A stretch of 64,000 bases of DNA, taken from positions 160,022,001 through 160,086,000 of the forward strand of contig OZ024743.1 of the NCBI GenBank assembly GCA_964016885.1, in the 5' to 3' direction. The translations under genes were made by a program, and so were the position numbers. The DNA is from Eledone cirrhosa (lineage: Eukaryota). A model generated the notes under the pieces. The model saw only the letters and a list, made by a program, of their open reading frames with translations, had not been told where the DNA came from and did not search any database. Positions 11,887-23,621 of this stretch are shown piece after piece (within the stretch, counting starts at the first letter, position 1; the number at the start of each line of letters is the position of its first letter).

Positions 11887-13885
11887 AACACCTATAATAA
11901 TATAAATAATGAAGCTAAAGACATCGCAAGTAATTTAAAAATAGACAATAGAACTGAAAGCGTAGCTAAACGTAAAACCTATATTACACTGAAAGATCAC
12001 AAAATAAATTTTAATAATCGACCTAGTTGTAGACTCATTAACCCTGCTAAATCAGAAATTGGTCTTGCCAGTAAAAAAATATTAAGAAATATATTATTAA
12101 AAATAAGAAGTAAAAGAGAAGTTTATCAATGGCTTAATACACCTTCAGTAGTTTCATGGTTTAATATTATACCTGAAAAAAATAAATCTAGATTCACTAA
12201 ATTCGATATAATAGACTGATACCTCTCTATTACTCGATCCTTATTAGCCAAAGCATTATAATTCGCTAAAAATTAAACTAATATATCTGATTTAGAAGAG
12301 GAATTCATTTTACACGCCCGGAAAACTCTACTTTTGGGTAAAAAAAAATCGAACCTTTTGATGTGTCTATGGGTTCCTTTGACAGTGCTGATGTGTGTGA
12401 TTTGGTCGGTTTGTTCCTTCTATATACAATAAGGGAAAAAACTCCCAGGTCACACAATCGGGTTATATCGAGACGACGGACTAGCAGTCTCTCATACCAT
12501 CAATGGCCATGACCTCGGCACTTTTAGTAAAGATTTAATTAACATTTTCTCTGACCTTAACCTTAAAATTACTATAGATACTAATCTTACTAGCGTAAAT
12601 TTCCTTGATATAAATCTTGACTTACCCACTGCTTCATTTAAACCTTACCATAAACCTAATGAGAATCTAAAATATATAAATAAACAATTATGCCATCCTC
12701 CCATACTATTTAAAAACCTCATCCGTAGTATTAGTCTTCTGCAGAAATATTTAATAAAGCAAGCCCTTACTATAATAAGGCCCTTAAAGATAGCGGACAC
12801 CCTTAACAAATTAAATACATTTCTAACCCCTCTAACTCTTCTACATATACTAATAGAAGAGAAAAATAATCTGGTTCACGCCACAATTCCCTTTAGCACT
12901 CAAAACTAATGTAGGTAGAAAGTTCCTTGAATTAGTAGATAAACATTTCCTCCATCACCATAAATATAACAACATTTTTAACAGAAACTGTGTCAAGATT
13001 AGCTATTCTTGCAGTCATTCAATTAAATTGAAAATCACCACCGGTAAAACTGACAGAGGAATCCCAGGATGTTCATGCAGAAATCCAGGTGAATGTCATT
13101 TGCAAGGCAAATGCAACATTAAATCCGTTGTATATGAGGCAATTATATGACATATTCACACCATCCAACCTTCTATCGGAGAGAGTTATGTGTACATGAC
13201 TCAGGATACCTTTAAAAAAAGATACTATGCACACGTCGCTTCCTTTCGATACCAGTATAAAAAGAAAACTACAGCCCTGGCAAATAGAGTGTGGGATCCT
13301 ATATGAAATTGATTGGTCTATTTTAGTTGAATAAAAAGAATATGTTAAAAGCACAAAATGTGTACATTGTGTGTAACAGAAAAATACAGAAATCTAGAAA
13401 ATATGAAATCTCCCAACACCACTAATTCTGAGATATTTAAAATGTGCCCACATATAAGAACTCACCTCTTTTCTCGGCATCAAAACACCATTCTGGAACC
13501 TTACCCACCTTGAACACTCTCTTTTTCACACATTCAACACTTATCTTATATTACACCTTGAACACTCTCTATTACTTCAAACACTATGGACCTTTATCAC
13601 ACATTCAACACTTATTTTATTTTATACTTATTTTATACTTATATTATTCACGTATTGACCTCATCTTTTCCTGAACATTCTCTCTTATTTTAACCACCCT
13701 GGGCCTTTATCACATACTTTCAACAACAAACTATTTTTATGGCTCTGTTCTATAAATAGGGCACTCGTTTTTCCTTTGCTTTTATCACATTCTTTTAACA
13801 ACAAAATATATTTATATATTCATATAGCTCTGTTCTCTACGTGGAGCACTCGTTTTTCCTGTGCTTTTTCTTCGGTATTACCTAA

Positions 13886-14127
<242 letters not shown>

Positions 14128-14273
14128 TAATACATTAACAGAGAAAGCTTTAAGCAATACTCCGACCGACTTCCGTCTCAGTCAACAAACATTATGATAT
14201 ACCTTAGTATAATCCCAATTGCGGATAGCCAGTTGTATTATTATATATGAGACATAATTAAATACATCCCTCT

Positions 14274-14362
14274 TTCCAAACGATCGTTTCATTATGTGTT
14301 TTCTACAAGTTGGGAAAATAATGTCCAGGTTATGTAGAAGCCAACACATAGTCCATAGGAAT
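14274..14362 (-). ncRNA. Degenerate hammerhead with ~60-nt helix II
   Basis: Strong helix tatgtgtt..ttctaca/tgtagaa.aacacata then GAAA-cgatcg-TT; 5' core decayed to CTATGGA. Confidence 0.4.
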
Positions 14363-14405
14363 ATATGCAGGTGGGCACTTAAATCATCAGTGGATGCCCA
14401 ACAAT

Positions 14406-14550
<145 letters not shown>

Positions 14551-14584
14551 GAGAGAGAGAAAGAGAGAGAGAGATAGGGGGGGG

Positions 14585-15415
14585 AGAGAACATTTGAAGT
14601 TGGAAATAGCACGTAAAATATATTTACGGGTCTGTTTTTATTTTTCTTTCGTTGATTCGTCAAAGTGACATTATTGAAAAGATAACATTATTGAAATAAT
14701 GTTAAAGGGCGGTGGATTGGCAGTATCGGTAGAGCATCGGACGCCATGCTTTCCAGCATAGTTACGTCCTTTTACGATCAGAGTTCAGATCCCGCCGAGG
14801 TTGACTTTGCCTAGAATAAAGTACCAGTAATGCACTGGATAATTGCTGGCCTTGTGCCTAAAGTAGAAACAATTATTGAAATAATGAGAGAGACAATTCT
14901 TTTTTAAAAAGTTTTATAATGTATATAAAGAATATAAAATATTTCCGGTTTCGATGTATTATTAAAATTGATCTTATCTATAAATGTTGAAATAAAAATT
15001 GAAAATAATTAATAGGAATTAAAAACTAAATATTAAAGATTTATAATTAAAATCAATGTATTTTCTCCAGACAAATGTTGAGCAAGAAATATGGAAGCAA
15101 ACTTACTCCAACATTTGATTTTAATTTTAAATCTTTAATTTTCAGTTTTTAAATCCTGTTAATTCTTTTTAATTTTTATTTCAATACTCAACATTTGATA
15201 AGATGTATTTTAATAATACATCGAAACCGGTAATTCTTCATATAATTCATATACATTATAAAACATTTTTTTAAAAAGAATTGTCCCTCTCATTTTTTCA
15301 ATAATGTTATCTTTTCAATAATTCACTTTGACGATTCAACGAAAGGACAAAAAAAAAAGAAAAACATACCTTTAAATATATTTTCCATGCTATTTAAAAC
15401 TTCACCTTTTCTCTA
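14585..15415. mobile_element. Old fold-back PLE remnant with decayed HHR pair, interrupted by a SINE
   Basis: 14585-15060 is inverted relative to 15110-15415; TTGATAA-gatgtatt..aatacatc-GAAA-ccgg-TA at 15195-15232. Confidence 0.7.
14702..14871 (+). mobile_element. tRNA-derived SINE with 15-bp TSD
   Basis: TSD attattgaaataatg at 14687-14701 and 14872-14886; absent from the opposite inverted arm. Confidence 0.92.
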
Positions 15416-15496
15416 TATCCACTGTTTTCTCTAGAACCTTACTTCCCTTTTCTAATATATATTATATATCTATATATATATATATATGGTGTGTGT

Positions 15497-15553
<57 letters not shown>

Positions 15554-15916
15554 TGTGGGTGTGTGTGTGTCTGTGTGTGTGTGGGTGTGTATGGGTGTGT
15601 ATGGGTGTGTGTGTGTGTGTATGCGTGTGTTTGTATATATGTATTTAAGTGTGTCGTTATCTGTGTGTGTATTTTTGCATGCTTCAATATGCTTATACTT
15701 CCACTGGACACATACATGCATGTATCCGTCTGTAGTTTTGCGCATGTGATTGTATTTATGTATAAGTCTATCATTATGTGTGTGACGTCTTCGTATCAGT
15801 TTGCCCGACCGCTTATCTATATTATTATTTTATTTTATTTTATTTTATTTTCCCCCCTTGTATTTGTGTATGTATATGTCTGCAGACTAGTGTGTTAATA
15901 CACTTCTGCCTATGCC

Positions 15917-15988
<72 letters not shown>

Positions 15989-16118
15989 AAAAAGATATTT
16001 TATTTGTTGGTTATTGCACACATTTATTTATATCAGATTCGAAGCACTCTACAAGGTTCTTCTGGAGTATAATATCAATGATATTAATAAATGGAAACTA
16101 TCTTTATAAAACCATACT

Positions 16119-16180
16119 TATTTTATTATATATATTTCATGGGTACCAACATTTTTGGTACCCCCTCATCAGATAAAATA
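16119..16180 (-). ncRNA. Intact type I hammerhead ribozyme, family A
   Basis: tattttat-CTGATGA-gggggtaccaaaaatgttggtacccat-GAAA-tatata-TA-ataaaata. Confidence 0.92.
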
Positions 16181-17343
16181 CAAAGGTTGTTTTATAAATA
16201 TTGACATATCCAAAAAACAAGAATTTAGGTTTTAAGTTCAGTTTGGATAGTGAAAGAAATTTTAAATCTTAGGATGAATATGTTTATTAGGCTAAACGTC
16301 CAGTTGAAAAAGATCGTTATATTTAGACTAGGTAAATTTAAATATTTAAGCAAAGAAGAGAGAAAGGTTAATCTTAATATTAGGGTGTAAGAAAATTTAA
16401 GGAATGAGTATAAGAAAAAATATATGTTACAGTTAGGAAATCCCACCGATGTTAACTTTGCCTTTCATCCGTACGGGGTCGATAACATAAAGTACCAGTA
16501 ATACACTAGGATAATTGCTGGCCTTGTGCCAAAAGTAGAAACAATTATTAAGATATAATTGTAGGGATCAAATCAGTGATGGTGTAAAGAGAGTGATACA
16601 ATTATATTTATTTATTTAATTATAATCATACACCCCGGTTGTATCCATAAAATAATCTGAGAACCATAAATGTGTTGAAGTGGTGGAATACCAATTTTAA
16701 AATTGAGAGATACTACTAATTATTGGATCTATTCTAATCATGAGTTTTAATATTATATAGATAATATTTATAAGTATATATTATGAAGAATTAAGGTTGT
16801 AAGTATATTTTACTTCATTATATTACTACAGGTAATGCACTGGGTAATTGCTGGCCTTGTGCCTAAAGTAGAAACAATTATATTACTACAGATTATTTAT
16901 ATAAATATTTATATTAATAATTTTGGTGAGTATATATGTTGTTTTTTTTCAGTAGATAGATAATTTAAATATTTTAATGTTAAGGGTTTCGATGAATTTT
17001 GTGTTTACATTTTCAATATATAGTTAAGAAAAAGGAAGTAGTTCTAGTTTTATTAGAGAAGATTATTTAAAGCATTCTATCGTTCAATCAAGATAGGAAT
17101 ACATTTACAAAGTTTAGTAAGTTAACGAAATTATACAGAAAAATTAATATTAACCTTTCTCTCTTCTTCCCTTAAATATTTAAATTTACCTAGAGTCTAA
17201 ATATAACGATCTTTTTCAACAGTACGTTTAGCCTAATTAACATATTCATTCTAAGATTTGAAATTTCTTTCACTATCCAAACTGAACTTAAAACGATCAG
17301 TTCTTTTTGGGGGGATATGTCAATATTTATGAAACAACTTTTG

Positions 17344-17404
17344 TATTTTATCTGATGAGAGCGTACCAAAATTTTGTTACCCTTGAAATATATATAATAA
17401 AATA
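17344..17404 (+). ncRNA. Type I hammerhead ribozyme, family A
   Basis: tattttat-CTGATGA-gagcgtaccaaaattttgttaccctt-GAAA-tatata-TA-ataaaata. Confidence 0.8.
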
Positions 17405-17452
17405 AATATGGTTTTATGAAGATAGTTTCCATTTTTTAATATCATTGATATA

Positions 17453-17581
<129 letters not shown>

Positions 17582-17680
17582 GTGTGTGCGTGTGCGTGTG
17601 TGTGTATGTGTGTATGTATATGTCTGTCTGTATATGTATCTATGTGTGTGTATTTGTGTATGTCCGTGTACATATATGTT

Positions 17681-17716
<36 letters not shown>

Positions 17717-17798
17717 GATAAATCTACCCTAGAAACGATCGTTAAATAATGAACTTTTTTTGTTTAATATAAGGAATTGTTTATTCATTATTTGTTTA

Positions 17799-17889
<91 letters not shown>

Positions 17890-18107
17890 ATATTTGTCTT
17901 ACTTTTATCTGAATGTGTGTATATGTATGTGTGTAAATGTGTGTGTGTATGTATGCACACATATGTTTTTCTTTATATTGCTATATAGTCTTATATATTA
18001 TTTTTCTTACCCTTCTTTTCCGATGTATATTTCCCGCTACTTTTCCATCCTCACTTCCAATTATTAACAGATTTTAAATCTCATTTCATTTTTTTTTTCC
18101 ATAACAT

Positions 18108-18175
18108 CTCTGTCTGACGACCGATCCAGACGTATGTTATTATTGTCTGGTATTCAGAAACCTTTGGTAATGGAG
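18108..18175 (+). ncRNA. Type I hammerhead ribozyme, family C (solo pseudo-LTR ~17950-18205)
   Basis: ctctgt-CTGACGA-ccgatccagac..gtctggtattca-GAAA-cctttgg-TA-atggag. Confidence 0.8.
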
Positions 18176-18202
18176 TAGTTATATTTTGTGTTGTTCACTT
18201 TC

Positions 18203-18255
<53 letters not shown>

Positions 18256-18302
18256 AATGAATAATAACAGGTAGACATCATAAAAAGGTAATTTATTCCG
18301 AG

Positions 18303-18425
18303 TGCTTACAAATCTTTCAACAGTAGTTATACAGCCTAGTCATGCTATGTGCAGTTGATAATTAATAATTATTTGATTGCAGAAACTCAATTTTCCAATG
18401 CTGCGACTACCATTTCCTCAGAGCA
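18303..18425 (-). ncRNA. Hammerhead motif with ~96-nt helix II, family D
   Basis: tgct-CTGAGGA-aatggtagt...actactgtt-GAAA-gatttg-TA-agca; helix III imperfect. Confidence 0.65.
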
Positions 18426-18520
18426 GAATGGTTAAAATGTAAATACCCTCGTATTTCTTAAAGGAAGTTATTGGAGAAGATATAGTAGAAAGGAAGAGAG
18501 AAAGAAGGGGAGAGGGAGAT

Positions 18521-18612
<92 letters not shown>

Positions 18613-18870
18613 GTTGGGGTTGGAGAAATGGGAGAGAGTGGTTTGAAGAATACAGTTAGCTTAATCAAAATGATGTGGTAGAGGTTTTATTTTACTGTTT
18701 ATTCTCAAGGTGACAGCCTCTTAGGCATTGTGTTGAGGTGGTCAAGATTGGTATTATTTATTGCCACAGAGAGCAGGTTCATTGATGTGGAGAGGGAGTG
18801 TGGTAGACCGAGAGCGAGAGAGATAGAGAAGGAGATATATATATAGAGAGAGAGAGGGGAGAGAGAGAGG

Positions 18871-18942
<72 letters not shown>

Positions 18943-19592
18943 AAGAGAGATAGAGAGGAGACAGACGAAGGCTACGAAATAGGGAATTCATCGAGTTCAT
19001 GGTTGTAGTCTGCAAATCGCACTCAAGTACCCATTTATAATGATAAGCAGGGTATTGGCATGTAGTGTGGGGGTGAGGGATATAGTTATGAAGTAATTAT
19101 TGAGACGAATTAGTTAGCGAGAAAGCGATGTTGTAATCACGGGTTCAAATGTTAAGTTATTTTATAGTGAGAGAATATAGCCTTCAGTTTGTGGTTGCAG
19201 TATAACGATCGTTCGATTCTGTTATTTCTTAATTTGTTTTGGGATTTTAAGATATAAAAGAGTTCAAGGTTGCATAACCTGCAGTATTTCAATCCACTCC
19301 GATATGCACTAGCGCTGAATAGTTTATCCCATTTCAATGTAAACAGCTGGTTGCATTCTCGGAGTTGCCAGGTCCGAGACTGCAACATCGCTTTCTCGCT
19401 AACTAATTCCTCTCAATAACTACTTCCTAACTATATCCCTCACCCCCACACTACAAGCTAATACCCTGCTTATCATTATAAATGGGTACTTGAGTGCGAT
19501 TTGCAGACTACAACCATGAACTCGATGAATTCCCTATCTCGTAGCCTTCGTCTGTCTCCTCTATATCTCGCTTTCTTTCTCTCTCCCTTCCC

Positions 19593-19652
<60 letters not shown>

Positions 19653-19799
19653 TATTTTCCGTTGTGTTGTAATATAAATATTACACACAGTAGATTATCA
19701 GCTCACGTAGAGTTTGCTCGACGGTTCCAGTTGTAGTTCCAAAAGTAATCCGGAGAAAAATAGAAAGATTTGAATGGATACAGTTTAGTTGAAAGGAAT

Positions 19800-19916
19800 T
19801 TATTGACACGTGTTTCTATAACAGTTACATAACCTAAAACAGCTATCTACAAACTTTTAGTTATGCAGACATTCAATATTTCAATGTTATTATTTACTGT
19901 CATTTCATCAGAATAA
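19800..19916 (-). ncRNA. Hammerhead ribozyme with 88-nt helix II (inverted copy)
   Basis: Reverse complement of 22581-22697. Confidence 0.85.
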
Positions 19917-20120
19917 TATTACTGAGGACCTATTTAGTTTTTATAGAGAATATTAGGAGGGAGGGGTGAAGTTGTTAGAAGAATAGTTGAAGGAGTGGTT
20001 TTTCGATAGCAGTGAGAATTCTTGGTGGCAGTGAGTAATTAGATTCCCATCTGTTGTTTTGACATTTTTTATAGAATATATTATTGGTTATTTTTCTAAA
20101 TCTATAGAAGGATTGAAACT

Positions 20121-21632
20121 TTGAATAGAGCCATTAAGTTTGCTAAGGATAACTCTGACCTTACAAACGATGAAATTAAGATTATATTAGAAGCTAGGAA
20201 AACTATAGTCAAATTTGAGAACAGTTATTGGGTACGTAAAGATAGACCCTCTAACTTTGACATAACAATGGGCTCTAACGATTCGGCGGAAATAACTGAT
20301 ATTGTGGGGTTATTTATCGCCTTTAGACTCCAGGAAAAATTCAGCAATCTCCACGGCGGAATATACCGCGACGATGTTCTCCTCCTAGCTAAAAACCTTA
20401 ATAACCAAAAACTAGAAAAACTACGCAAAGATATAAGAAAACTACTACTCGAAATAGGACTAACTATAACATATGAATACAACCTTAAAGTAGTTAACTT
20501 CCTGGATGTCACACTCAATTTAAACTCTGGTTTGATTAAACCGTTTCATAAATTGAATGAAAATCTCAAATACGTAAATGTTGGGTCTAACCACCCCATC
20601 TCTATAATTAAATCTATCCCTAAAAATATTTCCCTTAGAATCTCGGGTCTATCTTCTAACATACAAGTATTTAAGGAACACGCCGAGTACTACGATAACG
20701 CCCTTAGTAAAGCAGGCTACCTCAACAAAATAGAGTACATAGATGGGAACAATCAAAACACCCAAAATAAATCCCACATAGGTAGATATAATAACACAAC
20801 ACCAAACCACACTTACTACCATAGTATGCACACCAGTAAACCAACAAACAAAACTAATAGAAAGCGATGCAAAGAGTACTTATGGTATAGCCCCGAATAC
20901 AATAGCTCCATTAGTACAAATTTACCAGTACTCTTCTTTAAAATAATTAAAAGACATTTTCCCACATCACACAAATACCACAAAATCCTAAACCCTACCA
21001 CTATAAGACTGTCATACTCTACAGCGTTAAACCTTGAACAACACATAAAAAAGATCAATACTAGAAGGTTAAACGAAAACACTAAGAACTTAAGTACAAA
21101 GAACCCCAAAAAAACAGTAGACAATACACTACAGAACATAAATATACCACACCTAAGTTCGTCCGCAATACTACTCCAGAGAAAACCCAACGTACACAAC
21201 TGTAACTGCACCTATCCTGACAACTGCCCCCTCGGCAATAACTGCCTGGAAAAAAATATTATTTATAAGTGTACCATTAAATCCGGAGGCAACGAGTGGT
21301 ATTACGTGGGATCAACGGCAACATCGTTTAAATCTCGATTGTATAGGCATTCTTACTCAATAAAACACCAGAGCCAAAGAAATGTAACAACTTTAGCAGA
21401 AAAAGCTTGGACGCTCAGGGATAGCAATCAAAAGTTTACCCTAAAATGGGAAAAATTAGCTAAAACCCAAAGCTTTTCCAGGAGCCAAAATTTCTGCAAA
21501 TTGTGTAATCTTGAGATTTATTACATAATCACACACAAGAAGAAACTGCTGAATAACAGAATTGAACGAACATTATTCTGCCGTCACAGAACTAAAACCC
21601 TTTTTTCCCACTACAAGCAGAATATTACATAA
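20121..21632 (+). CDS. PLE polyprotein, N-terminally truncated: RT C-terminal half plus GIY-YIG endonuclease
   Basis: FDITMGSNDSAEI.DIVG, GIYRDD, NFLDVTLNL, CNC..PDNCPLG.NCL, IIYKC..YYVGST..FKSRLY.H, CKLCNLE, NNR.E..CRH. The frame begins at the inversion junction, so the start codon is not native. Confidence 0.92.
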   Translation: MNRAIKFAKDNSDLTNDEIKIILEARKTIVKFENSYWVRKDRPSNFDITMGSNDSAEITDIVGLFIAFRLQEKFSNLHGGIYRDDVLLLAKNLNNQKLEKLRKDIRKLLLEIGLTITYEYNLKVVNFLDVTLNLNSGLIKPFHKLNENLKYVNVGSNHPISIIKSIPKNISLRISGLSSNIQVFKEHAEYYDNALSKAGYLNKIEYIDGNNQNTQNKSHIGRYNNTTPNHTYYHSMHTSKPTNKTNRKRCKEYLWYSPEYNSSISTNLPVLFFKIIKRHFPTSHKYHKILNPTTIRLSYSTALNLEQHIKKINTRRLNENTKNLSTKNPKKTVDNTLQNINIPHLSSSAILLQRKPNVHNCNCTYPDNCPLGNNCLEKNIIYKCTIKSGGNEWYYVGSTATSFKSRLYRHSYSIKHQSQRNVTTLAEKAWTLRDSNQKFTLKWEKLAKTQSFSRSQNFCKLCNLEIYYIITHKKKLLNNRIERTLFCRHRTKTLFSHYKQNIT

Positions 21633-21955
21633 AAGAGGGACATCCCCCAACTATATAAACCTTAATCTAGTTAGAAAAATATAAAAACAATCTCTTCTCA
21701 ACATATATTAATAACCTTAAATTACCATACTAATAATGAAAAGATATGCTGATGAGAATAGGTACAAATATGCGATAATGAATGTGTCTAAAAACGTCCA
21801 TAAGTATGTATATATATGTGAAAATGTATATAAATAAGTAAATATATATATATGTTTGATGTGTATAGTTAGATGTAAGTGTATTCATGTATTAAAGTGC
21901 TTATATATATATGTGTGTGTGTATATGTATATATGTGTATATATGTATATGTATG

Positions 21956-22011
<56 letters not shown>

Positions 22012-22580
22012 TATGTGTGTATGTATGTATGTGTATATGGATGTGTATGTATGTGTATGTGTGTACACATGGACTAGAGTATGTATGTATATATGTGTGT
22101 GTCTATACGTGTGTATATATAAAGATAAGTTGAGTATGAAAATGTATACACATGAGCGCGTATGTATGTACATGAATACATGTGTGTATATATATGTGTA
22201 TGCATGTGTATATATATGTAAGTATGAATATGTGAATTGTGAGTATATGTATTTTGTAGAGGTGTGCAAATATATTTGTGTGTGAATGCGTGGGTGAAAG
22301 AATACGTACACTTGAAAGAAAAATTTAAGTCTGAATGTTAAGTGCAAACACAAAACCAACCACGCATATCTTTACTATCTCTAATCCTTCTATAGATTTA
22401 GAAAAATAACCAATAATATATTCTATAAAAAATGTCAAAACAACAGATGGGAATCTAATTACTCACTGCCACCAAGAATTCTCACTGCTATCGAAAAACC
22501 ACTCCTTCAACTATTCTTCTAACAACTTCACCCCTCCCTCCTAATATTCTCTATAAAAACTAAATAGGTCCTCAGTAATA

Positions 22581-22697
22581 TTATTCTGATGAAATGACAG
22601 TAAATAATAACATTGAAATATTGAATGTCTGCATAACTAAAAGTTTGTAGATAGCTGTTTTAGGTTATGTAACTGTTATAGAAACACGTGTCAATAA
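22581..22697 (+). ncRNA. Hammerhead ribozyme with 88-nt helix II and GUC cleavage triplet
   Basis: ttatt-CTGATGA-a atgacagt...actgttat a-GAAA-cacgtg-TC-aataa. Confidence 0.85.
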
Positions 22698-22731
22698 ATT
22701 CCTTTCAACTAAACTGTATCCATTCAAATCT

Positions 22732-22781
<50 letters not shown>

Positions 22782-22981
22782 CCCTCGGTCTACCACACCC
22801 CCTCTCCCCATCTATGAACCTGCTCTCTGTGGCAATAAATAATACTAATCTTGACCACCTCAACACAATGCCTAAGGGCTGTCACCTTGAGAATAAACAG
22901 TAAAATAAAACCCCTACCACAACATTTTGATTAAGCTATCTGTATTCTTCAAACCACTCTCTCCCATTTCTCAAACCCCAA

Positions 22982-23049
<68 letters not shown>

Positions 23050-23052
23050 TCA

Positions 23053-23102
<50 letters not shown>

Positions 23103-23199
23103 CTATCTCCCTCTCCCCTTCTTTCTCTCTTCCTTTCTACTCTCTCTTCTCCAATAACTTCCTTTAAGAAATACGAGGGTATTTACATTTTAACCATTC

Positions 23200-23322
23200 T
23201 GCTCTGAGGAAATGGTAGTCGCAGCATTTGAAAATTGAGTCTCTGCAATCAAATAATTATTAATTATCAACTGCACATAGCATGACTAGGCCGTGTAACT
23301 ACTGTTGAAAGATGTGTAAGTA
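23200..23322 (+). ncRNA. Hammerhead motif with 96-nt helix II, family D (inverted copy)
   Basis: tgct-CTGAGGA-aatggtagt...actactgtt-GAAA-gatgtg-TA-agta. Confidence 0.65.
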
Positions 23323-23526
23323 CTCGGAATAAATTACCTGTTTATGATGTCTACCTGTTATTATTCATTCTTTATCTACACTCCGGAATACAGAAGGATC
23401 TGAAACTAAATTTTCCGGCTATTCTTCGTAACTCGTTAGGTAACCTCTCACGGTACGTCAACTCTATCTAGTGTAGTAATTAACCATTACTGCATTCAGC
23501 ATAACTCTAAGCATTTCTTGCATAAC

Positions 23527-23616
<90 letters not shown>

Positions 23617-23621
<5 letters not shown>

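Larger units (their letters stand above)
10850..13885 (+). mobile_element. Near full-length degenerate PLE, family C (5' pseudo-LTR with HHR, RT, GIY-YIG)
   Basis: TLKDHK..F.NRPSCRLINPAKSEIG, FTKFDI, MGSFDSADVCDLVG, GLYRDDGL and EN remnants across frameshifts at ~11270-13480; SINE inserted at 11698-11886. Confidence 0.9.
15985..17450 (-). mobile_element. PLE family A with ~310-bp inverted pseudo-LTR arms; SINE fragments at 16430-16545 and 16832-16876
   Basis: 16072-16380 is the reverse complement of 17143-17450; bounded by (TA)n. Confidence 0.8.
19650..22736 (+). mobile_element. Young 5'-truncated PLE (Hydra-clade-like) with apparently identical inverted pseudo-LTRs, inserted in (TA)n
   Basis: 19761-20114 is the reverse complement of 22383-22736 with no mismatch found by eye; uninterrupted RT-EN ORF; (TA)n flanks. 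Confidence 0.95.
18251..23507 (-). mobile_element. PLE family D (EN C-terminus, 3' UTR, pseudo-LTR); inverted arm split by a younger PLE
   Basis: ORF 19152-19388 FTLKWDKL..CRLCNLE..NNRIER..C.H; 18940-19135 inverted to 19381-19580; 18251-18810 inverted to 22780-23375. Confidence 0.85.

Noticed and set aside
14702-14800. tRNA gene (A and B boxes)
   Set aside because: No complete cloverleaf; continues into the SINE body and has a TSD
20121-21632. Selenoprotein or permuted-domain (Naiad-type) PLE
   Set aside because: EN is C-terminal and there is no in-frame UGA
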